From: Takakia lepidozioides
Taxonomy: Eukaryota; Plantae; Bryophyta
Assembly (NCBI GenBank): GCA_030704615.1
Contig: CM060733.1
Location: 10,726,001 to 10,790,000 of the forward strand
Length of the DNA: 64,000 bases
Direction: 5' to 3'
In this document: one piece after another, positions 1 through 12,226 of the stretch
Layout of the letters: each line of letters begins with the position of its first letter
How positions within the stretch are numbered: position 1 is the stretch's first letter
The notes under the pieces: model-generated
What the model was told of the DNA's origin: nothing
The model's database searches: none
The model's input: the letters and a program-made list of their open reading frames with translations, nothing else
Translations under genes and position numbers: made by a program

Positions 1-469
1 AGAACCACCTCAATGCGAGTTCGAAGGTTGGCTTCTTCATAGCCTCCCAGAATGCACCGCAGGGGTCACCATGGCGATTCACCTCCACCGGTGGCACCAC
101 GATCTTTGCCAACTCCACGTCCTGTATCGCCAAGGCCATCTCATCATCTCCCTTCTTTGTAGCCTCCTTCTCTTGCTCCTTTGTCTGCCCTCCCCCGCAT
201 GCAATGCATTTTCTAGGATGAAATACCCCACGCCCCCCACATGTAATCATCCCATTAGCACACATAATACAACACCATTATGACTTTCCCTTTATGTAGC
301 ATCTCCCTCATTTGGGTGTGAATGGTCAAAACCGAACGTCGCTCCTTCCACTCCTCACTCACTCCTTCCAAAACCACAATCAGATCTTGCATGAGTACTA
401 CTCTCTAAACCCTAAACTTTGTGGAATACACTTTACATACATTGAAAAGATTAAAGAAAGTAATCTCCA

Positions 470-690
470 TGCGAGGGGGAATGGCGCTTATACCTTGCGT
501 GGTACTTTTTTCCCTTGGACTTCATCCCGATATCGGTCTTTCTTGCCTTGGTGAGATGCGAATCCTCTTCGTAGTATAGGGTTTTATCCCATGGACATGC
601 ATGAAAAATCTTATAGCCCATCCCCACAGAGTCCAAGACTTCGCGCGCCTCTTTCTGCGACCGTGGCATCTCTGGGTTTCAAGTGTGGAG
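470..690 (-). pseudogene. Inverted fragment of CACTA transposase N-terminal region
   Basis: Minus strand reads MPRSQKEAREVLDSVGMGYKIFHACPWDKTLYYEED and, after a frameshift, DRYRDEVQGKKVPRKV. This matches the 'LPxSxxEAK...G..Y..IHACPxDC.LY' segment of TnpD transposases. Confidence 0.8.
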
Positions 691-1277
691 CAATCATGCA
701 TTCTTCATAGAGAAATATGCAAAAGTGACCCTAGAAACACACTTATTTTTTTTCCATTTTTTTTTGGTCCCATTTTTTGCATGGATGTAGTGGTGCAAAG
801 CCCGATGTCACAAAACAAAATAGAGCTAAAAATAAAATCATTACGCCCTCAAAAACCGCAATCATATATTTTCTAAATGTAAATATTTATTTTTAAATTC
901 GATTTAATTCAAAATTGGTGCAAGGGTGAGTGCGTCTTTGGGGGGCATTCCCCCCCCCCCCCCCCCTGCTGGATCTTTGTACAGGTGATGCATACATATC
1001 TAAGCACATGTAGGAAAAAATGAAGCTTGAGCCACATCCGTTTGTTGGGTGCAATGCATGAGAGGATTTTCTTTCACATTAATAAGCAAAATTGGTTGAT
1101 AGGGTGAATGCGTCATTGGGGGGGCAAATGATTTGTTTGGGTTTGAAACTTTGCATGCGTGTACGTGCGCACATACATGTAATTATTGAATGACATATTT
1201 GATGCACACACACATGAAGGTGTTGTTTGCATTTCGCTTATAATGAAGTGTATGGTTGCAATGACACATTATAATAT

Positions 1278-1733
1278 ATGTCTCTATGTTCATTTGTTCG
1301 TATCAGGACTTTGTCCATCCTTCCGGTCTTTTCTCTTGGGCACCCATCCGAAAACAATCCAAGTACATCAGGCGGGAGCTGTGGGCGAGACCCTACCCCC
1401 ACGGTACCGGACGATGATGACGATGACAGTGATAGTGACAGTGACAACAACAATGAGCATGGAATTAACCAGGAGGATGTGCAAGCCATGGAGGATCTCT
1501 TAATGCATCATGTGGGTGCTGATGCATCCCATGAAGAGGGAACCCGACCAATCGATGATCCTGAAATGACCCCCTCAAATGACATGGAGAGGGAGGCGAG
1601 AACTCCCTTGTACGAAGGGGCGAAAGTGAGTCGACTTTCAACAATCTTACTTTTGTTCAATCTTCAAATTTGATTTGGCATAAGTAATGCTGGGATGTCT
1701 GTCATAATGCGAACTATTGCAGACTATATCCTC
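1278..1733 (+). pseudogene. CACTA transposase N-terminal fragment
   Basis: EARTPLYEGAKVSRLSTILLLFNLQI*FGISNAGMSVIMRTIADYIL resembles the conserved 'PLYxGxxxSxLS...L...' TnpD segment; contains an in-frame stop. Confidence 0.7.
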
Positions 1734-2723
1734 CGCCATCACTACCGCGGTTCCCTTGTGCAGCAAAAAAACAGACAGCTGAGACAGTGAATCTTCCCTC
1801 ATCTCTAAGCCATCGCCATCGCCTTAAAGAGCCCGCCCAGGCGGCGCTCACAGGAGCCATAAACACTCAAGGATTGGTAGCTCAAGGTATCTGCAGCACG
1901 AGCACCATCACTCCTCACAAGCCGCCATCGCACGCGCTCTCGCAGCGCAAAAAGAAAGACATTAGGGTTGCGCAGGGTTTTCCCTTGTCTGGCCCGTCAT
2001 TCATCCTTCTCAGGATGAAAAACATCCGCCAGTCTGTCCGCCCAACGGACGTTGTCCGTTTCTCATTCGTGGAAGATGAAAAGACATTGTGCTTTCATCC
2101 TGTCTTGTACTCAACGGATGTAGTCCGTATTTCATCTAGGTTAGATGAAAAACATAGGGGGTTTTTATACCTGTCTTGCCCTGTATTTAGGCCCTGTCAG
2201 ATGAAGTCCATTTTTCATCCAGGTTGGATTGAAAAAGTAGAAACTGATGGGAGTTTTGCAACTCACAAGTTTTTTAGTGAAGAAATATTTCATTATGATT
2301 TTTTTTTTAATTTTTTTTGGATAAAAAAACATCTAAAATTCCCTGCAACCCAATTTTGCAATTTCTTTCAATTTCCTCAAAGATGGAAGTCGGGACAACA
2401 ATCCCATAAGCCCAGTGTCCAAAGGGAGAGAGATGGAGAGATCGGGAAACCAAAAAAATAAGAAAATGGCGTGGGGGGGGGGGGGGGGGGAGTGACTGAG
2501 CCCGTGGTGCTCCGCAACTGGTGGTGGTGCTCAGTCACTTCCCCCCTCCCCCGCCCCGCCCCCCCCCCCCCCCCCCCACCTTTTTTCTTTTCTCTTTGTT
2601 GCCCCTCTCGAGACCCCGAGCACTTGCTGCTCTCAACCCCCGACATGCTTGGTTTTTTTTTGTTTTGATCTGGAATGTTCCTAATGAGGCCAACTTGTGG
2701 GTTTGCATGACAGGTGCCAGCTT

Positions 2724-3903
2724 ATGGGGAAAGAGAAGAAGTCCCCTGCCCCAAAGAAAGGGGCGGACAATCTGTTTGCTCTGTCGGCACGTGTGACGCG
2801 CCAGGGCGTCTCACGGCTAACCAGCCCCGTCGACAGCCGCAGCCGGACAGCTCGTCTGCCCCCCGAGGCTAGTACCCCCCCTCTTGTCCACATCTTGGAT
2901 GCGCCAGGGGCCAGCTCAGCCAACTCTCCTATTTGGGAGGTTGTTGCTGAGCCGGATGCTCAGTTGAGCACACCCCCGGCCACCAAGACGGGTGAAATGT
3001 ACCTTGGCAAGCACATCACCCGTTCGGGGCCCGGTATGGGCACCTTTTGGATGTCACCCCCATAGCGACCCCTTCCTCCGCAGCAAAGGCTGGACTTGCC
3101 AAGGCTGGACAGCCCAACGTCAGGTTCAAGGGCCTTTGAAAGCCGCCATTGCCAGCCCATTGTTGTCGATGAGGGAGGAGGAGACGAGGAGGGGGCCAAT
3201 GAAGTGGCCAAGATAGCGAAGCGCCTCGAAGAAGTCAAGCCGGGTGAGGGCTTCTACCTGATACACATTTGGGGGGGGGGGGAGGAGGAGGTATAGGCCG
3301 GTTCGGAGCAGCCTAGCCGATCAACAACACCGCCCCCTGAGCATGAGCGGTCAGCAAAGAAGGGCCTGGACTATGGGGCGCTACCGCCGGCTATGCTCCA
3401 CATCTGGAATCTACTTCCAGTGGCGCTCCGGGAGGGGATAGAGCGGGCACATCCGGCAACGGGGACTCCTCCCACATCGGGTGACACCAGGGGCGAGTCG
3501 GACAAGCTTGCAAAGGTACAACTGTCGCACCTTGTTCCATGATTTATCCTTTCCTTTGCATGCATGATTTTCTTTGTTGTTTGTTTCTTTTTTTGAATTT
3601 GGAGGGGTTATTTGTCTTCAAGAGGCAGCAACATGGCTGGCCTTATTGGTGCATTCCAGTGGGGTTGCCAATTAGGGAGAGCACGTGGTGTTCATGAAGG
3701 GCCCGAACACCAAAGGTAAGAAGAAGAGGCCTCGATCTCCCGAGATCCCTTTTACCATCAATGAAGGGGCTGCCGAGGAGAGAGAGAGAAGGGAGAGGGA
3801 GAAAGAGAGAGAGGAAGTAGCGGGGAGGGGGAAGGAGATGGTTGTGGAGAAGGGGAAGGAAAGAAGAAGAAGAAAAAGAAGTCCCATGGAGAGAAAGGGG
3901 TGA
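2724..3903 (+). pseudogene. Interrupted low-complexity ORF, possibly the second (TnpA-like) gene of the CACTA element
   Basis: Frame continues through isolated stops (MGKEKKSP...SPP*RPLPP...EEEV*AGSEQP...), followed by a K/E/R-rich ORF at 3685-3903. No recognisable domain; identity inferred from position only. Confidence 0.3.
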
Positions 3904-6887
3904 GTGTTACTTCCGATCATCCTGCGATTGAGGGCACAGTACCGAAGCCCCGAATTGGCTAGACTCATGAGATGGCACGCCTCGCATCGGAGCCCCCCGG
4001 GAAAGGTGCGCGGGCCACAAGATTCACAAGCATGGAGGCATATTGAAGAGATGTGGCCTTTTCTCTTGGAGGACCCACAACATGTCCACCTCGGCTTCTC
4101 CTCGGATGGGGTCAACCCATTCTCTGTCCAGTCATGTAGTCATTCCACTTGGCCGGTGACCATGGTGAATTACAACATCCCTCCGTATCTTTCAATTAAG
4201 AAAGGTTATATCATGTTGGCTGCCATTGTGCCAGGTGAGTGTACTCATTTCATGTTTATTATTGCCTTAGACTTTACATTAAACTTCTGATCTCTGACGC
4301 AATTCGTATGCAAGATTGATGAGTGACATAATCATGGAGTAAGACGTGTAATTCATTTTGTAGTATAATTTGCATATTGGTGGAGCATTGAAACAATGAT
4401 GTGAATGTCTCATAGGGAAAAAACAAGTGGCAAACATGGACACGTACTTGCGACCTCTTGTTGATGAACTTAAGGAGCTATGGAGGGGGGTCCCGGCATT
4501 GGATGCTTCACTTGACCCTATGGCCAGACAATCTTTTTAGATGAGAGGCATCTTGCTTTGGACAATGCATGATTATCCAAGTATATTATGTTCCCCATGA
4601 ACAACCCGCGTACATTTACTTGTCAATGCCGGATAATATCGATGAGGATTGGGATTGATTGAAGTAGCGGCGACAGTCTTGTGCACCGTAGTGGGGTAGA
4701 TGACATTATGGGCCATGCACATGACAACTTTTTGTTTTTGCTAATGTAGCGGGATGTGTAGTACATGACTAACTGTTTGCTCGGGGCTAAGCACCAAAGG
4801 GTACCATGCATGCTTGCATTGTGGCGATGATCTTGATGCACATAGCTCCCGCCATCTTCACAAGATGGTGTATCCCAACTACTGCAAATTTCTTCCTATG
4901 AGCCATCGATGGAGAAGAAGAGAGAAACACTTGTTTGATGGCAAAGAGGAAGTACGTCCCCCCCCTATGACACCGTCCAGGCAGTTTTGGGAGGACCGAT
5001 GGAAGGAGGCCCATGTGGGCACGAATGGTGAAGTGGACGTGCCCGACATGAAACGACTTTCAATCTTTTACGAGTTGCTATATTGGGCGGTACATATTCC
5101 ACAAAAACACTGTCAATATCCCTATGCATGCATGTGATATTGCACATTTGGTATGCGTTGCATTGTCACTTTCACGTAAAAAAAATTGTGTAAGTATTTA
5201 TGGGTGAGGATATATGTAGGACCTGAAGATTTGTCATCTTTTAGATCCCATGCATATTGAGAAGAATGTTTGCTCGTCTTTTTTTCGGGTTCTTCATGGC
5301 ACGCCGGCAAAGAAGGGAGTGGCTGCAAAAGGAGATTCTATCGGTGTTAGAAAGGAGCTTGAGGAGCAGGGTCGCATGCGCCATCTATGGGCCGAACAAA
5401 ATGGTGTGGACCCAAAGGGTGTTGTACGGTAGAAGTATAGGCGCGCACCTTGGCAATGGACAAAGGAGGAATACAAGAAAGTGATAGCCACCATAAGTGC
5501 TGTCCGAACACCAACTGGTTATGGGTCATCCCTCCGTACGAAGTTCAGCGAAGAAGACGGGGTCCATGGTTTGAAGTCTCATGATTACCACAATCTATTG
5601 CAAGACATCTTGCCCATTGCAGTACGTGGGACATTGACTCCCGAGGTTCGTGAGACAATCTATAGATTAGGAGGCTTGTTCCGGTGGATTTGCTCCAAAG
5701 AGTTGGAAGAAGCAGATTTTTCACGCATGAAGAAGGAGGCGGCGGAGGTAATGTGTATGTTGGAGATGCACCTTCCTCCCTCCTTCTTTGACATCCAAGT
5801 GCATTTGGTAGTGCATTTAGTGGAAGAGGCTTCGATTGCCGGACCCGTTCATTCTCGGTGGATGTACTTCCTTGAGCGTTATATGAAGACTTTGAAAGGA
5901 TTTGTAAGACAAATGGCGCACCCGGAGGGTAGCATGGCGGAGGGGTACACGTTGCAAGAAGCTATGTTATATTGCATAGAGTACATGGCAAGGGTGGATG
6001 AGGAAGCCCCTCGGATGTGGAAGGAAGAGGAGGATGCACGAACCAATGATATCGTTTTGCCCAAAAAATCGAAGAGGGTAAAATTGCCGACCTTGGTGAT
6101 TGAGCAAACGCATGACTTCATACTGAAGAACACCCCATCCATACATGAGTGGGAGACAAGATACAATAATCTTGTTTAGCAACGAGAGGAGGAGACGCTT
6201 GCATGGAGGCAGAACCATCCAAGGCCGGTTACTAGACGCCCACGACGAGGAGCGGGCCGCCGGAATGCTCCTTTATAAAATTTGCCCATGGAATTGCAGC
6301 CTCTAAGTTCATTCCAACACTGGCTTCGGACTTCAGTTTATGACGTCGTTGCTCAAGGAGAGGTGGTTTCAGATTTGGTGCAAGACATTGCAAGGGACCC
6401 CTCTCAATTCGCGACCTCATACATGGTGGTTTAGGTTCACGGTCGGCATTTCCGCATTCGTGCTCTTGACATGAAGCGCAAAACAACCTTTGATTCTGGC
6501 TTGTGTGCCACATATTGGCAAGACTCCATGTGGGGCAAAGAAGATACACGACCTGCTATGAGCAAATTTGAGTACATTGGAGAGCTTGAGAGCATACTCC
6601 AACTTCAATATACAAGGTACCGGTCTCTTCTCTTCAAGGGAAGGTGGTTCCAGCCACATCTTGTGGGGCCCTCCGCAACGCTAGTGTAAGATGATTGTGG
6701 TTTCATGCGCGTCAATGCAGATAGGCTCAACCCTACTCATCGTCCCTCCGATGAGCCTTTTTCACGGCCTTCAGACATGGAACAAGTTTTCTTTTCCGAT
6801 GACAAAACAAGAGGGGGGAATTGGAAGGTGGTTGTGCATGCTCAGTCAAGAGGAAGACGTATCTATCATGGTCTCGGATCTCCATAG
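3904..6887 (+). pseudogene. CACTA TnpD transposase core (Transposase_21, DUF4218, DUF4216 regions) with introns, stops and frameshifts
   Basis: Motifs LGFSSDGVNPF...STWPV...YNIPP, WTMHDYP, GYHAC, MHIEKNV, GLKSHDYH, FFDIQVHLVVHL, RWMYFLERYMKTLK, PEGSMAEGY, DEPF...QVFF. Stops near 5431, 6177 and 6687. Confidence 0.92.
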
Positions 6888-7524
6888 GGTGAGGCAATTG
6901 CGGTGGACGGAGAGACTGGTCATAATGATGTTGATGATGGAGGTTGGGTAGAGGGGATAAAAAAGGATGATGACGCCTCGGACAATGCATCCTGGACCCT
7001 ATATGATGAAGCTCTAGATACGGATGTTGGAGACGGAGACGAAGACAAGGCCATTGACAACGAGGTGGAGGATGATTTGGAGGTGCATTTTGAGGGCCGG
7101 GCCATTTATGACGATGACTCCGATGACCAAGAAGACTTGCAGCTTGATGAGGATGAAGAGGCTCCAGATGATGATGTTCAAGTTGATTAGACACAAAATC
7201 AAAGCTACATAACAATTCTCGCACCGAACTGGACCCATCCCTTCGATTGATTGTACATGTACATGCATATTGTACTTTATTTGTATGATTCATCAAATAT
7301 GGCTGTGGCTGGTAGTCTTTCAAGAAAGAAGGTAGAGGCAATGAATATGTTGGAGGAATACATACAGATGTGACCAGTATCAAGAGAATTATCAAAATGA
7401 ATGTCACAATCTACAAGAAGGTCCACAACAACAAGCTAAACCATAAAGAAAAACAAACACCCTACCCCATTACCATATGGAAAAAAAGAAAAACTAAGAA
7501 CCCCCAAAAGCCCTAAACCTAAAC

Positions 7525-7860
7525 CTAGAAAGCCCTGCCGTCGCTGCCTGCGACCCCTACGCGTCGCAAACTACGACGTGTTTTTTTGGATTTATGAGGC
7601 AAGGGGTCGCAAACGGCGACGGCCAACCGTCGCCAACTGCGACCTGTTTTTTTGAATGGATTTATGAGGCCGGGGGTTGAAAATGGCGACGGCCAGCCAT
7701 CGCAAACTGTGACCCGTTTTTTTTTTTTTTTTTTTTTTGCAACAATAGGGCAGTCGAGCAGTTTGCGACTTCCGGCCGTCGCAGGGGCCTTTTGCCCTTC
7801 ATGCCACCATGCGACGGCCCGACGTCGCAAGAAAGGGCTTTGATGAAAGAAATGGCAAGA

Positions 7861-7906
<46 letters not shown>

Positions 7907-8171
7907 CCGGCGTGCGACGACCGGCCAACGCCAGAAAGGGCTGCCTTCTGCCCTTCGCTGGGGGCGACGCTTGGGCGTCGCACGGAAGGGCTGCCATTTG
8001 CCCTTCATCACTCCGTGCGACGGCCTCGGCGCCAGGTGGCGACCCGCGGGGTTTGGGCTGCGACGGCCGACGTCGCAAACACGCTCCGCGGGGTGGTTGG
8101 CGTCGCACGCTCGGCGCCGCACGGGGCGTGGGGGCGCGGCTGGCGTCGCAAAACCCCCCATTTGTGTAGTG
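7525..8171. repeat. CACTA subterminal repeat array with poly-T tracts and terminal inverted repeat
   Basis: Many GCGACG/CGTCGC copies in both orientations; poly-T near 7717-7738 and 7865-7906; terminal TAGTG. Confidence 0.85.
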
Positions 8172-8517
8172 CCTCAAAGTGTTGAAACAACCCCTTCCAC
8201 GCCATAAAAGACGTAAACAGTTGTGGATTGCGCATCTGCTGCAAATCACACCAACTATCAAACTCCTGTAAAAAATCATCAAGCTCGATGGTGCCCACAG
8301 CGCCAGAGTACCGACGTGGCCTCTTGGTAGCTCCATACATTTCCTCCATCGTATCCCACAACAATGGCACGAAAATAGCTTGCACCTGCGGCGTGGATCT
8401 CTCAGAGTCTGAATCAGAACCCTCCTCAAAAGACACAGAAGGTGAAGGTGGCCTAAACCGCACACCTCGTCTCGTGTATCCACTAGTATCGCTAGTGCTC
8501 ATACCGGCACTCAGCAA
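8172..8517 (-). pseudogene. Gag-like N-terminal fragment of an LTR retrotransposon, truncated at the CACTA end
   Basis: PRRYSGAVGTIELDDFLQEFDSWCDLQQMRNPQLFTSFMAWKGLFQHFE resembles Ty3/gypsy capsid N-termini. The coding-like sequence stops exactly at the CACTA terminus. Confidence 0.55.
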
Positions 8518-9553
8518 CTAGTGACACCTCCATGATGAAAACTCACAACGGGGGTTGCTATTCCATATGCACAGGTTGATCATGTTATCTTCCTGTCATT
8601 TGATTTATCTATGTAATAGTTTGTACATAGATCTCTACTGCATTTCATAGATCCCTTTACCGGAATGCAAGTTCGACGTGCACTTCAGCACTATCAAATT
8701 TCATCATATTAGTAAGATCAACCCTTATGAGTATTGTGGCATGTTATGTACACACAGGGTGACTATCTTTATCTCATTAGTGTTTCATTTCATTAGTGTT
8801 TCAAGTCTGAATAGGTAGTATAGTGGTATGAACTAGGCTTGATACCCGATAGGTTGTGAGTTCCATCTCTGGTAGACATTATGTTTTTGTAAAATAAAAA
8901 TATTTCAGAAGATAGATATATAGATACTGCAAAACCTGTGTAACAAGATTAAATGGGTGGTGGTTTGGTAAGGATTATGTTTTTTAAGTTATGAGGTTGC
9001 GGGTTCGATTACCAATCAATAGTTTTTTTTGTAAAATTGAATTCCCTTGCGGGCCATCGCCATTTACTACCCAAATGCGCAGGCGGACCATCTCCATCAC
9101 ATTGTCAAGCTCCCTAGCATTCCTTGAGCATTGCTCTATTCTGAACTTCAAACTAGACTCCCACCATTGGAAGAGCCCGTACCTTCACCATTTATATCTA
9201 ACAAGGAGCCGTGCCTCGTCACTTTTTAATTTTTCGACCTTTTTTCTCATGTTGGAAAGCCACAAAAGCAACATGTTCCTCTCCCATTCCTACACTCACC
9301 CATGTGGAATAATAATACAATGAGTACGGAATATTCTATATAGAATATTCTTATTCCATCCTTTGATATTTTGACTATGGACCCTAAGATTAGATGAATC
9401 ACAATTTTTTTGTTTTTTGGGTACCCTTATTTAAGTGATGTGCATATAAAATTGTTCATATGCATATCTAAAATTTGTATGCACGCATACGTTCATCCAT
9501 ATGCATGCATTTGTGTGCGCATATAGTATAGGCTACCTCCTCACAACCACACC

Positions 9554-12224
9554 TGTTGTAAACCTGTCTCTAATCCCCCTTTCCACAAGATAACCGGGTA
9601 GAGAACCTGTTGCAGCTAATGGTTTAGACTACTAGGTTCATAACATAAACCTGCACCTGCGTTTGTATCCACCGCAAGCACTCATCTGGTCTGCTGGTCA
9701 TCAACCTAGCCTCACCATAAGAGAAACAATGAAGGTCTGACTGGTCATCACCCCAGCCTCACCACCGACAACACGCTCTAGGATTGGCCGGTGATCAAAT
9801 CCGGACCAACCTCCTATAAAAACAAGCGCCCATACAAAACTGACATGACACACAGTCAAGTATGCAGGTGTGGAGGGGATCCAAACACAAGAAAATCAAA
9901 CAGTAACTCCCCACACCAAAAACACTCCACAGTGTCGCTCCTACAAGACACCCCAGCCCAAACCCGAACTGACTCTTGCCTCCACCTATGGAAAGGTTTT
10001 TGCCTATAGAGAAGGTGGAAGACTACAAAGAAAAGAGATTAAAGCAATTCCTATCACAACATGCTCTTATCCCACTACCCTATCTCCACACTCTTTTACT
10101 TAAGCAATAGACAAGACCTTTCAAGGATCTCTCAAATAACTCTCTAAGAGCCCTCAAGATGTCCCTCAAACAATCTCACTAAGGCTCCCAAAGCTTGCAC
10201 AATGGTACTCCAAACAGTATACCAAGGCTCCAAGAGCTTGCCAAATCTCGGCCCTCAAGGACCCCAAATAGTCCTTCAACAAGTCGCCAAAGACTCATCA
10301 AGCTCGCCAAATATCGGCCTCGAAGGACCCCAAATAGCCCTCCAAACAGCCTTCCAAAGGCTCCAAAAACTTGCCAAAACTTGGCCTTCAAGGACTGCAA
10401 ATAGTCCTCCAAACAGTCATCCAAATACCTCTTCAAGAGCTCTTCAAAGTGCCTTACAAAAGCTCCTCAGAGTGTCTTCCAAAAGCTCCTCAAAGGACCC
10501 CAAAGATCCCCCAAACAATTCTCCAAAAGGCCCTTGAAAATCCTCCAAAAGCCCTATATTGTCTTTATATGTCACTATAGTGACCGTTCCCACACTACAG
10601 TACAGTTCCCAGACTATGGTGACCGTTCCTACACTTTGGTGACTGTTCCCATGAACCTAGGGTTTCATGTGCATCCTATGCTAGGGTTTGTGCATTCCAA
10701 GCTAAGGTTTGGGCTTCCTTGAGCTTAATGCTTGCTCTCCTCAAGCATCCATGACTTCTATGAGATACCAAGGCAAACTACCTTGATGTTCTTCACCTCA
10801 AGCCACAACCAAGCTTGGTCCATCTCACCTAGCAATGCATTTGCCACACAACAAGCTTCACGTCTCTTTGGAGCTGAAGAATCAAGCTTTTTACCTCATT
10901 TGACAAGCAACCAAGTCTTGCACTCATTCATGTGCTCTTCTTTGGCCATCCACACACATGCTCCACTCTTGGCTTCTAGTGTTGCTTCTCCAAGCATCAA
11001 TACATCTCCATCTCATGCAAAGAGGAAGATTCGAGTCCCTTCACTTGCTAGCTCAAGAGTCGTGCTCTCCTCAAGCTTAAGGTTGAAACCCCAACTCAAA
11101 CATGTGCTCTACAAGTGCTTTTCCTTCACCTAAGTGGAAACCAACCCTTTTCCTTTCTGCTTGCTCTCCAAGGCTTGAAAATAAAAGCCTCAATGGGCTG
11201 AAAACATGCTCCACATAAGCATCACCTCATACACAAAGGAATGAACTTGTTCCCTTCACCTTCTAGCTCTCCTCAAGCTTGAAGTTGGAAGCCACACTTG
11301 GAAAACATGCTCCACACATGCGCCACTTGCTTGGTCAACCCCTTGCTTCATCAAGAGCAATCCAAGAACTCATAGAACTATAGCATTCCCTTCTAGCGCC
11401 TTAGCTTGCTTGTTTGTCAACCAAATGAAACCTCACTTGGCTTCATTTCACCATGGATAGAACAACCACTTCTTAGTTTCTCTTGAGCTACTCAATGCTC
11501 CTCAAGCTACCCTTGTTGTACTTCTTCTATGGTGTTTCCAATCCAAGCATGTGCCGCTCTTTAGCTTCTCTTTCACACCATGAACAACTAGAGCTTGCTC
11601 TTGAAACCCTAGTGCCTATCTTCTCCACACACAAGACGCTTCTCTTGTGATGCAAGAGCTCTTTTCCAAGCTCTCCACCTCTATAGAGCAAAATAATGCT
11701 TCTCAAACCCTAACATCCATGTTCTTCACGCCACAAGGATTTTCCTTTGCAACACCTGCAACACCTTGCAACACAAGAGCTCTCTACCAAGCTCTGTCCA
11801 ACACACAAGTGTTAAACTAACCCTTACACTCCGCACTCACAAGCATAAGGAGATCTTCTTGTAGTGATAATGAAAGTGAACATAATGGAAACCCTCCACT
11901 CATGAATCCACTCAATCACATAAAGTAAGTCAAGCCAAGGGCACCTTTGCTAAGGGAATCCACCCTACAAAGCACTCACCACACTCCCTCTCAATACCGA
12001 GAGCTATGGAGGTGAGAGAGGCTCATGGAGGCTCAACTACAAGAAGATGAGCCTCCTCCATCCTCACAAGGGGAAAACCTATCCCCATGTCCCCAAGTGA
12101 GGCTCGACACCTCATTTGGCATGTGAGACCAAATGAAGTCCCAACACACAAAATATAAATATAAATATCTAAAATGTGCTAGTTAACTAGAAGTAGGCAA
12201 TTCTAGACTAAAACCATGACATCA
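9554..12224. mobile_element. Probable LTR-retrotransposon-derived non-coding DNA (LTR/spacer remnants)
   Basis: Begins TGTTG and ends CATCA; strong C/A strand skew; internal tandem repeats; no coding similarity. No TSD, PBS or PPT confirmed. Confidence 0.35.
10240..10440. repeat. Degenerate ~66-67-bp tandem repeat, about 3 copies, with further decayed copies flanking
   Basis: Unit GCCAAAwmTyGGCCyysAAGGACyssAAATAGyCCTyCAA... starts at about 10240, 10306 and 10373. Confidence 0.7.
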
Positions 12225-12226
12225 GA

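Larger units (their letters stand above)
1..8171 (+). mobile_element. Degenerate, internally rearranged CACTA (En/Spm) DNA transposon; right end at 8171, left end not visible
   Basis: Ends in ...GCGTCGCAAAACCCCCCATTTGTGTAGTG (reverse complement starts CACTACAC), preceded by ~650 bp dense in GCGACG/CGTCGC subterminal motifs. Encloses TnpD-type transposase remnants. The left boundary is a guess. Confidence 0.8.

Noticed and set aside
1740-5816. CAT|CACTAC at 1740 paired with GTAGTG|CAT near 5808-5816 as a nested CACTA with TSD
   Set aside because: The second site lies inside the conserved HLVVHL coding motif and the match does not extend beyond about 6 bp; coincidence.
7525-8207. Overlapping ORFs with poly-K/poly-F tracts
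   Set aside because: Artefacts of GC-rich subterminal repeats and poly-T runs.
9040-9310. Minus-strand frame with stops (EWERNMLLLWLSNMRKK...)
   Set aside because: Looks like decayed coding DNA, but I cannot assign a family.
10240-10650. CRISPR-like repeat-spacer array
   Set aside because: Units are contiguous degenerate tandem repeats with no unique spacers, no cas genes, and a eukaryotic context.
9554-12224. Clean solo LTR
   Set aside because: TG...CA ends exist but the flanking 5-mers do not match, so no TSD; kept only as low-confidence LTR-derived DNA.
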